Assembly: GCA_963772835.1 (NCBI GenBank)
Contig: CAVYYZ010000024.1
Span: 160,001 to 224,000 of the forward strand
Origin: an uncultured delta proteobacterium
GTDB taxonomy: Bacteria > Desulfobacterota > Desulfuromonadia > Geobacterales > Pseudopelobacteraceae
Reading direction: 5' to 3'
Length of the DNA stretch: 64,000 bases
How positions within the stretch are numbered: position 1 is the stretch's first letter; each line of letters starts with the position of its first letter. Positions 9,146 through 22,241 of this stretch are shown one piece after another. The position numbers and the translations under genes are program-made. A model generated the notes under the pieces. It was not told the origin of the DNA. It made no database searches and was given only the letters and a program-made list of their open reading frames with translations.

Positions 9146-10681
9146 CTACCCACCAAATCTGTTGCGATAATATTCTCCGCCGCGACGCCGCAGGACCGCC
9201 AGGTGATAGATCTCGTCGTATTTAACGGCTGCATCCTCCCAGGTGAACCGCTTCTTCATGCCGTTTTTACGGAGCGCAGTCAGACCTTTTGGGTTGTTGA
9301 AAAAAGTCCAAGCAGCCCAGCCGATTGTGTCGAACAGTGCCGTTGCGCTGTGATTCCAGAATTTGAACCCATCGCCGGTCATAACCGCCTCGTTGAAGTT
9401 TTCAACGCTGTCATCGAGGCCGCCGGTAGCACGAACGATCGGAGGCGTGCCGTAGGCAAGAGAATACATCTGATTAAGTCCGCACGGCTCAAAGGCGGAC
9501 GGCATGACAAAAAAGTCGGCTCCCGCTTCAACCTTGTGGGCGAGTGCTTCATTGTAGCCTATGTAACAGGCAAATTTTTCAGGATACAGGGCGGCGATGT
9601 CGCCGAAATAGAAATGTGCCCACGGTTCGCCGTTGCCGACCACTACAAATTGGCAATCGACCTCCATGATACGGTGAATGGCTTCGGCCAGAATATCTGT
9701 ACCTTTCTGCTTTACCATCCGTGACACGATCCCGAACAGTGGTACGTCGTCCCGCTGCGGCAGTCCCATCGCCGCCTGAAGATCGCGCTTGCAGGCCGCC
9801 TTCCCTTTTTTAACGGTACGGGGGGAATAGTTGGCGGCAATGAAAGGGTCGACTGCCGGATCCCATTCCTCATAATCAACACCGTTCAGGATGCCGCTCA
9901 AATCGGCCGAACGATCGCGGATTGCGCCCTCCAGGCCCCAGCCAAATTCGGCAGTCTGAATCTCCCGGGAATATTCCTCGCTGACGGTATTGAGCAGGGT
10001 TGCGTGATATATGCCCCCTTTCAACAGGTTGACCTGGTCATCCATTTCGAGTTCGAGGTAGTTAAAATGCTTCCAGCCGATGCCGAGGACGTCCATCAGA
10101 CCCGGATAGAAATTCCCCTGATGCTGCATGTTGTGAAGAGTCAACAGTGAAGCGGAGTTTCCGACATACCGGTCGTGCAGATACGAGCTGTTCAGCAGGA
10201 CCGGGATGGCCCCGGTGTGCCAGTCGTGGGCATGGATCACATCAGGCGAAAAGTCGAGCATCTTGCAGAGCTCAAGCGTGGCCTTTGAGAGGAAGACAAA
10301 ACGATTGTCATTGTCAAGATATCCTACACCATCCTGCTGATAGAGACCGGCACGTCTGTAATACTCCTCATGCTCCAGGAAATATACCGGTACATCGCTT
10401 CCCGGCAGACGCCCCTCCCAGACACCGCAGTATTGGTGACCGATGATTCCCATCGGAACGACCAGCGTTCCCGGCAAAAGCTTCAACCCGTATTTTTCGG
10501 GTTTGATGCTGACATACCGCGGCAATACAATCCGTACATCATGGCCCATGCGGGCAAGATATTTCGGCAGTGCTCCGACAACGTCACCGAGGCCCCCTTC
10601 TTTGGCGAAGGGCGCGGCTTCAGAAGCTGAGAAGAGTATGGAGAGCGGTTTGAATGTTTTCTTTGCTTGAGTTGCTGGCAT
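9146..10681 (-). CDS. glgA: Glycogen synthase
   Basis: EAAPFAKEGGLGDV, IHAHDWHT, MPSAFEPCGLNQMY, RATGGLDD. Confidence 0.96.
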   Translation of the reverse strand: MPATQAKKTFKPLSILFSASEAAPFAKEGGLGDVVGALPKYLARMGHDVRIVLPRYVSIKPEKYGLKLLPGTLVVPMGIIGHQYCGVWEGRLPGSDVPVYFLEHEEYYRRAGLYQQDGVGYLDNDNRFVFLSKATLELCKMLDFSPDVIHAHDWHTGAIPVLLNSSYLHDRYVGNSASLLTLHNMQHQGNFYPGLMDVLGIGWKHFNYLELEMDDQVNLLKGGIYHATLLNTVSEEYSREIQTAEFGWGLEGAIRDRSADLSGILNGVDYEEWDPAVDPFIAANYSPRTVKKGKAACKRDLQAAMGLPQRDDVPLFGIVSRMVKQKGTDILAEAIHRIMEVDCQFVVVGNGEPWAHFYFGDIAALYPEKFACYIGYNEALAHKVEAGADFFVMPSAFEPCGLNQMYSLAYGTPPIVRATGGLDDSVENFNEAVMTGDGFKFWNHSATALFDTIGWAAWTFFNNPKGLTALRKNGMKKRFTWEDAAVKYDEIYHLAVLRRRGGEYYRNRFGG

Positions 10682-10682
10682 G

Positions 10683-11327
10683 TTATTTCGGCACGCTCTC
10701 CCAATCCTTCAGGAACTTCTCAATGCCGGCGTCGGTCAGGGGATGCTTGGCCAACTGGATCATAACCGAATAAGGGATGGTGGCGATGTCGGCACCTATC
10801 AGGGCCGAGTTGAGGACGTGAATCGGATTCCTCACGCTTGCCACGATGATTTCAGCCATGTAGCCGTAGTTGTCAAAAATGGTGCGGATTTCTTCAATGA
10901 TACCCATGCCGTCCTGCGAAATATCATCGAGGCGTCCTACAAACGGGGAAACGTAGGTGGCCCCTGCTTTGGCGGCCAACAGTGCCTGCATGGAGGTGAA
11001 AATAAGGGTTACATTGGTTTTGATCCCTTTTTCGGTAAGAGTTTTACATGCTTTGAGGCCTTCGGGAGTCATCGGCAGTTTCACGACAATGTTCTTGTGG
11101 ATTTTGGCAAGCTCTTTTCCTTCTTTGATCATACCGGGAGCATCCAGAGAAATAACTTCTGCTGAAATCGGACCGTCAACGATAGAGACGATCTCCTTGA
11201 TGACGTCCTTGAATTTGCGTCCCGATTTGGCAATGAGCGACGGGTTGGTGGTTACGCCGTCAACCAGCCCGAGTGCATGGGCTTCCCGGATTTCCTTCAC
11301 GTCTGCTGTATCGATAAAAAATTTCAT
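10683..11327 (-). CDS. tal: Transaldolase / fructose-6-phosphate aldolase family (TalC type)
   Basis: [20 protein letters not shown] Schiff-base Lys, [22 protein letters not shown]. Confidence 0.93.
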   Translation of the reverse strand: MKFFIDTADVKEIREAHALGLVDGVTTNPSLIAKSGRKFKDVIKEIVSIVDGPISAEVISLDAPGMIKEGKELAKIHKNIVVKLPMTPEGLKACKTLTEKGIKTNVTLIFTSMQALLAAKAGATYVSPFVGRLDDISQDGMGIIEEIRTIFDNYGYMAEIIVASVRNPIHVLNSALIGADIATIPYSVMIQLAKHPLTDAGIEKFLKDWESVPK

Positions 11328-11418
11328 CTGTTCCTCCAGTTAGAAAGTGTGAAATATGTTCTGTTGATGTGTGTGTAGAGCAAATAGTCTGTTAACGTAC
11401 AAATTGCTACTGTCGTGG

Positions 11419-11682
11419 CTATGGCTGTGACGGGTGGTCGAGCTGCTCACGATATTTTTCAAGACAATTCATGGAACAAAAATAGTGCCGCTTACCGTCA
11501 TGTCTTCCTATGACTGCGGTTTCCCCGGTTACATAGATTCCGCAGACCGGGTCGCGGAACGTTTCCTCGCCGGAGTCCCGATTTCCGGTAAATTTTGTCG
11601 ACGGTTTTTTTGCAGAAGTCAGCGATACAATTATGCGGTAGCCGATGTAGAGCAACAGGCCTACAACTAAAAATCTGATCAC
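11419..11682 (-). CDS. YHS/TRASH domain protein with N-terminal TM helix
   Basis: DPVCGIYV...HYFCSMNC. Confidence 0.85.
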   Translation of the reverse strand: MIRFLVVGLLLYIGYRIIVSLTSAKKPSTKFTGNRDSGEETFRDPVCGIYVTGETAVIGRHDGKRHYFCSMNCLEKYREQLDHPSQP

Positions 11683-11696
11683 GCGTATTCCTCCGC

Positions 11697-12185
11697 TTAT
11701 AATTTGACTACAGTCTCGTCTGATTTCAGAGAGGTAAGCAGCTCGGCAACTGTCTTTTCGGTCAGTGGGTGCATCAGCTCCGGTGCTATTTCACAGAGAG
11801 GCTGCAGTACGAAGCGGCGCTCCGCCAGTCGTGGATGCGGTACTACAAGGTTTTCGTCGTTAATAGCCGCGTCTCCGTAGAGCAGAAGATCAAGGTCCAT
11901 TTTGCGTGGGCCCTGGTGGATTGTTCTGACCCGTTTGAACACTTCGCCCTCAATACGCTGCATCTCCGCCAGCAACGCGTGGGGGGAAAGAGCTGTTTCG
12001 AGCCGGAGTACCGCATTATAGAACGCATCCTGTGTAACAGTGCCGACCGGCGATGTCTCATAAAACGCCGAGAGCGCTGTAACCCGGCTGTCCGGCAGTC
12101 TGCCGATTTCTGAAACGGCCCGCAGCAGGTTGAGCTCACGATCCCCGAGATTTGAGCCAAGTGCTATGTAGGCATCAGTTCTCAT
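11697..12185 (-). CDS. folK: 2-amino-4-hydroxy-6-hydroxymethyldihydropteridine diphosphokinase
   Basis: YIALGSNLGD, GPRKMDLDLL, VPHPRLAERRFVL. Confidence 0.96.
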   Translation of the reverse strand: MRTDAYIALGSNLGDRELNLLRAVSEIGRLPDSRVTALSAFYETSPVGTVTQDAFYNAVLRLETALSPHALLAEMQRIEGEVFKRVRTIHQGPRKMDLDLLLYGDAAINDENLVVPHPRLAERRFVLQPLCEIAPELMHPLTEKTVAELLTSLKSDETVVKL

Positions 12186-12239
12186 GGATTGATTAAAACA
12201 TAACCGTACAGGTGCGTCAACCGTAACCCCTTAAGCCGC

Positions 12240-12316
12240 AAAAAACACCCCGGCAACTAGGAGGGGAAGTTGCCAGGGCAGATGAGGATTCTTTGGAATC
12301 CTCGCAAAGTTATCGT
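12240..12316 (-). ncRNA. Candidate small RNA (about 77 nt) with an anti-SD terminator loop
   Basis: TTGCCA-17-TATATT promoter at 12351-12323. Hairpin GAGGAUUC-CAAA-GAAUCCUC. Terminator GCCCUGGCAACU-UCCCCUCCU-AGUUGCCGGGGU plus U-tract. Confidence 0.45.
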
Positions 12317-12395
12317 ACGTTTAATATATCCTTTTGCAGCCGGTATGGCAAGGACTAATATACTGTAACTTGCCGGTATTGCACATAAAAATATG

Positions 12396-13319
12396 CTAAC
12401 ATTTCTCTTTTGGCAGGATTTTATCCTCTCTGTTTGCCTCTGCCGATACATGGGGTACAGACGCTGCAAGACCTTCAGAAAGGGATGCATACATGAGTGA
12501 AACGCCCAGTCGATTCAGCATCAGGCTGTTATCGATAACCCGTGACCGGCTGACGTATGAAAACATCAGTGGTGACATGACCTCGCGGGCTTCGATCAGT
12601 GTAACCTGCGGTTGTCGCGGATAACCGAGGGCATCCGCACAGGCATTGAAATACGACGTCATGCTCGAAGCGAAACCGTCGCTGACGTTAAAAATGTCGC
12701 CATCCACCCCTTTTTCTGCTGCGGCGATACAGATCGCGGCAAGATCATCTGCGTGGATGCGGTTACTTGGACCGGATTCATCCTCACATAACAGTGGCTG
12801 CCCCTGGCTGATCTGCGTCAACGGAAGCCGCCCCGGACCATAGATGCCGCTTACACGAAGTATGACGACAGGAACGTCGCAATCAGCTCCGTACCGGAAA
12901 AAGGCGGTTTCGGCATCGAGCCGGCGCCTGCCCATAGCTGTATCCGGAGCAGTCACGGATTCTTCCGTTACCACGCCGCTGCCCGCTTCGCCATATACCG
13001 AAGTGGCGCTCATGTAGACGACTTTCGCAGGACGCTGCGCTTTTGAAATATGCGCGATAAAGTTTCTGGCACGGGTATCCGTAACTCCCCCGCCGGGAGG
13101 CGGTACAAGATAGAAAAGTATCCGCTCCGCAACGTCAATTGCCGGAAGTGACTCCACATCATCCAGTGAGGAGATAACCACTGTAATGCCTGCAGACTGA
13201 AGCCGGGCTGCATGTTCAGGGGATCGTACCATGCAGGTGACGTCTGCCCCGGATTCATGGTATGAGCGCGCGAGCCGTTCGCCGATGTACCCGCATCCGG
13301 CTATACATATCTTCAACAT
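12396..13319 (-). CDS. NAD-dependent epimerase/dehydratase (atypical SDR, YeeZ-like)
   Basis: IAGCGYIG Rossmann motif, YMSATSVYG, LRVSGIYGPGR, NRIHADDLA. Confidence 0.88.
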   Translation of the reverse strand: MLKICIAGCGYIGERLARSYHESGADVTCMVRSPEHAARLQSAGITVVISSLDDVESLPAIDVAERILFYLVPPPGGGVTDTRARNFIAHISKAQRPAKVVYMSATSVYGEAGSGVVTEESVTAPDTAMGRRRLDAETAFFRYGADCDVPVVILRVSGIYGPGRLPLTQISQGQPLLCEDESGPSNRIHADDLAAICIAAAEKGVDGDIFNVSDGFASSMTSYFNACADALGYPRQPQVTLIEAREVMSPLMFSYVSRSRVIDNSLMLNRLGVSLMYASLSEGLAASVPHVSAEANREDKILPKEKC

Positions 13320-13337
13320 GACTACTCTCCGGTTTCC

Positions 13338-13604
13338 CTATGCCAACAAAGATTTTACTATCGGGTTTAGCGCTCCGGTTGCAGAGTCGACTGCCGCCGT
13401 GCGCTCGACGGGTCCCATAAACTTCCACAGATATTTCCTGGCTTTTTTCTTGTTACCGGCGACCGTTTCGGCCATTTTGCACAATATTCCGATCGGTACC
13501 CCGTTCCGGTATCCCTGTACCAGTTTTTCAATCTCATCAGCGCGCTGCTTTTCCGTCCAGGTCTTGAACAGTGACGCTCCCAGGTCATTGGTGCTATTAA
13601 GCAT
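13338..13604 (-). CDS. Hypothetical protein (88 aa)
   Basis: GGAG RBS, co-oriented with neighbours, fills the nifJ-SDR gap. Confidence 0.7.
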   Translation of the reverse strand: MLNSTNDLGASLFKTWTEKQRADEIEKLVQGYRNGVPIGILCKMAETVAGNKKKARKYLWKFMGPVERTAAVDSATGALNPIVKSLLA

Positions 13605-13626
13605 ATACGTCTCCGGAGGAAGAAAT

Positions 13627-13656
13627 AAAAACCCCCCGCAGATTACTCTGCGGGGG
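13627..13656 (-). terminator. Intrinsic terminator of nifJ
   Basis: CCCCCGCAGA-TTAC-TCTGCGGGGG with a U-tract on the minus strand. Confidence 0.75.
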
Positions 13657-13683
13657 AATTGTGACAGAATCTACAGCAGGAGA

Positions 13684-17259
<3,576 letters not shown>

Positions 17260-17412
17260 GAACTGCCTCCTCTTTTTTGGATTACGTCAAACAGTCTTTT
17301 CTACGAAACAATAACAGCAAAAAATTTGAGATGATAACAAGGCGGCGGGGAAGTGTCGGCCGGTGAATCAGCCGATGAAGAGCCAACATCGTTAGTGCTC
17401 CAGGTGGCGCTG

Positions 17413-18006
17413 TTACAATTCATTTCTTCCTTGAAGCGCCCACTGCACAGTGGCCGCATCGACAAATTCAATATCGCTTCCAAGCGGAATGCCGTGTGCC
17501 AGACGACTTATTTTAACCCCGGTCGGTTTCAGTATCTTAGTCAGATAAAGTGCCGTGGCTTCACCCTCTACGGTAAAATTTGTGGCAATCACCACTTCGT
17601 GAACTGAGCCTGTCCCGACACGGTCCACAAGCTCCGCGATCCTCAGATTGGACGGTCCGATACCGGACAGAGGCGAGATGGCTCCCTCCAGGACGTGATA
17701 GGTTCCCTGATATGCATTGCTTCGTTCCAGTGCCATCAGGTCCTGAGAATTTTCAACAACACAGATTATGCTTGAATCCCGATTGCCGGAGCAGACAGAG
17801 CATAGTTCATTTTCCGTAATGGCAAAACAGGTTGAGCAGTGACGCACACGATCCCTGACATCACAGAGTGATTCCGACAGGGCTGTCAGGTTCCGCGGAG
17901 ATTTGAGAAGATGAAATGCCAGGCGGAGTGCAGTTCGTTCTCCAACCCCCGGCAGTTTCTTCAATTCTCCTACCAAGCGCATCAATGAGGATGATTTTGT
18001 TAACAT
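17413..18006 (-). CDS. recR: Recombination mediator RecR
   Basis: LPGVGERTALRLAFHL, C4 zinc finger, Toprim ATNFTVEGEATA, RLAHGIPLG. Confidence 0.97.
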   Translation of the reverse strand: MLTKSSSLMRLVGELKKLPGVGERTALRLAFHLLKSPRNLTALSESLCDVRDRVRHCSTCFAITENELCSVCSGNRDSSIICVVENSQDLMALERSNAYQGTYHVLEGAISPLSGIGPSNLRIAELVDRVGTGSVHEVVIATNFTVEGEATALYLTKILKPTGVKISRLAHGIPLGSDIEFVDAATVQWALQGRNEL

Positions 18007-18052
18007 AAATTCCGGAACAAATAAAACATTTTTTTAGTATTATAGCGTGGTT

Positions 18053-18165
18053 AAAAAAGAAGCTCCCCCGCTTTGGAAGGATCGGGTGATGACCGAAAAC
18101 CATGGAGGAGCATTAAAGCCACACTTTTGACTGCGCCGGTTCTGCAGAAGGAGGCGCGATAAACA
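18053..18165 (-). ncRNA. Candidate structured small RNA or leader between ybaB and recR
   Basis: TTGACT-17-TAATAG(T) at 18201-18173. Hairpin GCGCC-UCCUUCUGCAGAACC-GGCGC. Long stem GCUCCUCC...GGGGGAGC followed by UUCUUUUUU. Confidence 0.4.
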
Positions 18166-18258
18166 ACACCTACTATTAGCCGAACTAAAACATTTAGTCA
18201 AATTAAAATAGCAAATATGGTACGGAGAGCTCAATAACGCTCTAACTACATGATATAT

Positions 18259-18573
18259 CTAGAAAAGACCGGGTATGCTCATGCCTCCGGTGATTTTGGA
18301 CATTTCACTCCCCATTTCGGCATGAACTTTCTTCAGAGCCTCATTGGCAGCAGTAATGACAAGGTCCTGCAGCATTTCAACGTCATTCGGATCCACCGCT
18401 TCTTTTTTTATTTCCAATGAAATTATTTCATTTTTACCGTTTACCGTAATTGTTACGGCACCGCCGCCGGAGGTCGCTATGGCAGTTTTCAAGCTTGCCT
18501 CTTCCTGCAGTTTGGCCATTTTCTGCTGAATCATCTGAGCCTGTTTCATCATATTTGCTAAACCCTTGGACAT
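18259..18573 (-). CDS. ybaB: YbaB/EbfC nucleoid-associated protein
   Basis: MMKQAQMIQQKM...SGGGAV...DVEMLQDLV...AANEAL...TGGMSIPGLF; dnaX-ybaB-recR synteny. Confidence 0.95.
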   Translation of the reverse strand: MSKGLANMMKQAQMIQQKMAKLQEEASLKTAIATSGGGAVTITVNGKNEIISLEIKKEAVDPNDVEMLQDLVITAANEALKKVHAEMGSEMSKITGGMSIPGLF

Positions 18574-18621
18574 CTTCTCCCCCTAGTATTATTTTATTCT
18601 TATCCGGTAACGGCAGAAAAC

Positions 18622-20313
18622 TTAAAATTCCCGCACTTCAGTAATGCTGCAGCCAAACACCCGCTCCGCCTCTTTGATCACTGGATGGTTTTCAACCTCC
18701 TGTTTCAAATCTTCGAGGTGCTGTTCGGTGTCACTCTTTTTTTTTTCAGCCAATGACAATGGTGCGTCTGCAAAGCCAGCCTCAATCGATTTTACCCGAA
18801 CGACAGTATTTCCCCCTGTAAAGGTGCAGGCGAGGCCCTGGACATCGGCAATAAACTCAGGATCCTGGGCTGCTGTCAGATAATAACTTCCCGCCGGGAA
18901 TCCAATTTCAATCAAGCCTGTCTCCTGTTTGAGCGGACTGCCATGTTCAAGCACCGACCCAACAAGCCGTTCCTTCTCATTGACAAAAGCGACAAATCTG
19001 CCCCAGTCTGCCTGGCCCCCGGCGGCTGGGGGGAGTGAAGTACCTGCGACGGAAGAATGCGGCAGCCGGGTGGGGGTGGGACCATGCGGCTCAGCATGCT
19101 GTGGTGACGGCGGAGAGGTTACTCTGGCGGCTTCCCATGGCAACACCGGTGTATGAACGGCTGCCGTTTCAAGGGACTTTATTTTTTCAATCAACTCTTG
19201 AATCGGCACCAGAGGAGCCAACAGTGCTGCTTTAAGAAGTGCCATTTCCACTATCAGGCGAGGGAAACTGGCATAGGCCATTTCAGATTCGGCTTTTATA
19301 AACAGTGTCAGGCGGCGCTGGATATCCAAAGCAGAGGCATGAATAGACTGTTTGTGGAGTTCCTCAAGTTCGGCTGCTGTAATATCAAGAATTTCTTCAG
19401 GTTTTTTAACCGAACGGATCACCAGCAAATTTCGAAAGTGCTCGATCAGTTCCTGGCAGAACTGGCGCATATTATACCCGACCAGATCAACCTGCTTGAT
19501 TCCCGCAAGTACTCCTTGTGTGTTGCCATCGAAGATTGCCGCTGATATTTCTGCAAGCAGTCGCCGGTCGATCGTCCCCAGCAGGGCACTGACATCTTCG
19601 TCGATAACGCTGTTTCCGCTGTAAGCGAGCACCTGATCGAAAGCGGTCAGGGCATCCCGCATACTTCCGTCACCTTTACGGGCAATCAATGCCAGCGATG
19701 TATCGCTGATAGTGACTGATTCTTTGCCGGCAATTTCACGGAGACGGCTGATGATCTTCGGGAGTGTCACCCGCTTGAAGTCAAAGCGCTGGCAACGGGA
19801 AAGGATCGTCACCGGAAGCTTGTGTGGTTCGGTCGTGGCAAAAATAAATTTGACGTGTTCCGGCGGTTCCTCCAGCGTCTTTAGAAGTGCGTTAAAGGCG
19901 TTGGTAGAGAGCATGTGAACTTCGTCAATAATGATGATTCGGTAGCGGCTGTGGGAGGGGAGGTATTTGATGTTGTCGCGCAGGTCGCGGACATCGTCCA
20001 CGCCGTTATTTGAGGCGCCGTCGATCTCAAAAACATCTGTTGAGGTGCCTTTGGTGATCTCAATGCACAGTGGACAAACATTACAGGGCTCATGAGTAAC
20101 CCCTTTTTCGCAGTTGAGGGTTTTTGCCATGATACGGGCGGTGCTGGTTTTACCGACACCCCGGGCGCCGGTAAAAAGGAACGCATGGGCAACCCGGCCT
20201 GAATCTATGGCGTTTTGCAGCGTACGGCTGACATGTTCCTGGCCGGCCAGCTCAGAAAAGGTTTGGGGGCGGTATTTCCTTGCCAGGACTTCATAGTGCG
20301 TGCCGTTGGACAA
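18622..20313 (-). CDS. dnaX: DNA polymerase III subunit gamma/tau
   Basis: LARKYRPQTF, Walker A GARGVGKT, DEVHMLS, AFNALLKTLEEPP, SRC motif. Start codon (TTG) uncertain. Confidence 0.97.
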   Translation of the reverse strand: MSNGTHYEVLARKYRPQTFSELAGQEHVSRTLQNAIDSGRVAHAFLFTGARGVGKTSTARIMAKTLNCEKGVTHEPCNVCPLCIEITKGTSTDVFEIDGASNNGVDDVRDLRDNIKYLPSHSRYRIIIIDEVHMLSTNAFNALLKTLEEPPEHVKFIFATTEPHKLPVTILSRCQRFDFKRVTLPKIISRLREIAGKESVTISDTSLALIARKGDGSMRDALTAFDQVLAYSGNSVIDEDVSALLGTIDRRLLAEISAAIFDGNTQGVLAGIKQVDLVGYNMRQFCQELIEHFRNLLVIRSVKKPEEILDITAAELEELHKQSIHASALDIQRRLTLFIKAESEMAYASFPRLIVEMALLKAALLAPLVPIQELIEKIKSLETAAVHTPVLPWEAARVTSPPSPQHAEPHGPTPTRLPHSSVAGTSLPPAAGGQADWGRFVAFVNEKERLVGSVLEHGSPLKQETGLIEIGFPAGSYYLTAAQDPEFIADVQGLACTFTGGNTVVRVKSIEAGFADAPLSLAEKKKSDTEQHLEDLKQEVENHPVIKEAERVFGCSITEVREF

Positions 20314-20413
20314 GAGATCTAACCTCGCAGATAGCCTGTGCTCTCCGTGTGGAAACGGGAGACAAAGCTTTATTCAGGGGAATGTGGAAGGGAAAATGCT
20401 TGCAGGCGCAGAT

Positions 20414-20515
20414 GATAGCCGGGTTTACCCGCGGCACACAACAGGAGCCGCTGCCGTTGCTTCCTTCCGGACCTGGCGGAGTTCACGGCGTGCCGTTGCG
20501 CGAGGCCCGGCTATC
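20414..20515 (-). ncRNA. ffs: Signal recognition particle RNA (small bacterial type, 4.5S)
   Basis: GATAGCCGGG...GCCAGGTCCGGAAGGAAGCAACGGC...CCCGGCTATC with the conserved helix-8 core; located upstream of dnaX. Confidence 0.93.
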
Positions 20516-20676
20516 ATGTCCGCCTGCAAACGAAACAGAGCTCGATGCCGGATTCGAGATGACAACAAAGAAGACAGGATAGAAAGCGACTGATGCATAG
20601 TTATATGAACTATGTTGAGGAGCTTTCTATGAACCAACGAAGTCAGCTCTCAAAAGGGGCATCGTGTACAATAAAA

Positions 20677-20767
20677 TGGCGGAGAGAGAGGGATTCGAAC
20701 CCTCGGTACGCTATAAACGTACACACGCTTTCCAGGCGTGCTCCTTCAACCGCTCGGACATCTCTCC
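20677..20767 (-). tRNA. tRNA-Ser(GGA)
   Basis: GGAGAGATGTCCGAGCGGTTGAAGGAGCACGCCT-GGA-AAGCGTG...GGTTCGAATCCCTCTCTCTCCGCCA, long variable arm. Confidence 0.97.
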
Positions 20768-20878
20768 GTAAGAGCGAACGCGAAATATAGTATATGATTT
20801 TCTTTTTGTCCAGCATTTCATACTATGCTGTGAAATCAGATGATCTGCAGGTGTTTTTCCCTTCACTCTTCGGCCGGT

Positions 20879-21214
20879 TCACTCCCAGAATATTCCGGTC
20901 GGATCCAGGTCAACCTCACAGATCAGCTTTTCAAGAGTATCCCTGTTTCTGCCGGTCGGATACGGTTGTCGTCTGTTCTTCAGGTCATACCAGTACAATG
21001 TCCAGTTGTGTGATTCAGGGCAGTATTCAAACTGGGCAATTTTTATTTCATTCCAGATAGCGGTGTCTATAAAGAGCGGTCGTGACTCGGACAGGACGAC
21101 CCTGTTGCCTTTAGCCCCGAAATTCAATGTAACTTTATCCTGTATTGTCCGCTGTTCACACAGATTTCCCAGAAGTATGCCCACCTTCTGCAGTTCTGTC
21201 TCAGGTAGCGCCAT
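20879..21214 (-). CDS. DUF3024 family protein
   Basis: IAQFEY...WTLYWYD...EVDLDPTGIFW motif. Confidence 0.8.
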   Translation of the reverse strand: MALPETELQKVGILLGNLCEQRTIQDKVTLNFGAKGNRVVLSESRPLFIDTAIWNEIKIAQFEYCPESHNWTLYWYDLKNRRQPYPTGRNRDTLEKLICEVDLDPTGIFWE

Positions 21215-21496
21215 TCTTTCATTCTTCCTTTGTCCAAAATCAATCTGTCGCTTACCGGTACCGATTCTATATCAATTCATCTGACTATTGAAGCGAAACA
21301 AAAGACTCGGATCTTTCCACCCTCCCTGGATCATGACAATTCCGCAGTATTGCCCCTCCAGAACGGTCTGAGGAGAGTCAAGTGGATCTCCGGTATCCCA
21401 CGCCTGAAGGAAATCTGAACCATCTTGTCACCCTTCCACACTCTGTTGTGTCACTCCGCCATTGTCTGGATCATTGAAAAAAGGTATCATACGAAA

Positions 21497-22120
21497 ATGA
21501 CTGATCACGATCACATTCTCTCCCGCCGCTGCTGGATCTTCGACCTTGACGGGACGTTAACGGTACCGGTACATGATTTTCCCGCAATCCGCATCGCGCT
21601 CGGTATGGCGGAAGGGGACTCGGATATCCTCCGGTTCCTTGCCTCGCTGCCGCCTGATGAAGCCGCTGTACGGCATGCGAGGTTGATGGAAATTGAGTAT
21701 GAGTTAGCCGGTAGAACCTCTGCCTCCCCCGGTTCCGTGCGGCTGCTTGACCAACTGCTCCTGCGCGATGCCCGTGTCGGCATCCTGACCCGCAACACGC
21801 GGGAAATTGCCCTCCATACCCTTGATCAGATCGGTCTTAAGGGGTATTTCACCTCCGCCGACATCCTCGGCCGGGACGAGGCTGTACCCAAACCGCATCC
21901 AGAGGGGATCGAGATGCTTCTCGCCGCCTGGGGGAGAGAACCGCAAGAGACGGTAATGGTGGGTGATTACCTGTTCGATTTGCAAGTGGGACGCGCCGCA
22001 GGTACCGCCACCATTCATGTGGACAGCAGCTGCGCCTTCCGTTGGCCGGAACTGGCCGATCTGTCGGTCGCTACGCTGGAGGAGCTGGCTGAGGCGATGT
22101 CCGTTGTGCCGTTGATGTGA
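21497..22120 (+). CDS. HAD superfamily hydrolase (subfamily IA)
   Basis: FDLDGTL, LTRN, KPHPEG, MVGDYLFD. ATG at 21497 preferred over the track start. Confidence 0.9.
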   Translation: MTDHDHILSRRCWIFDLDGTLTVPVHDFPAIRIALGMAEGDSDILRFLASLPPDEAAVRHARLMEIEYELAGRTSASPGSVRLLDQLLLRDARVGILTRNTREIALHTLDQIGLKGYFTSADILGRDEAVPKPHPEGIEMLLAAWGREPQETVMVGDYLFDLQVGRAAGTATIHVDSSCAFRWPELADLSVATLEELAEAMSVVPLM

Positions 22121-22241
22121 GTTTCACTCTCTGTCTTTGAAAAATGCTGCGGTTTTGTATATACTGGCTTTAATGGATGTAGAGCCATTCCGGCAAAGCA
22201 GTCCCACAAAAAGTACCAGTCAATAGAGCGGGAGGTGCACA

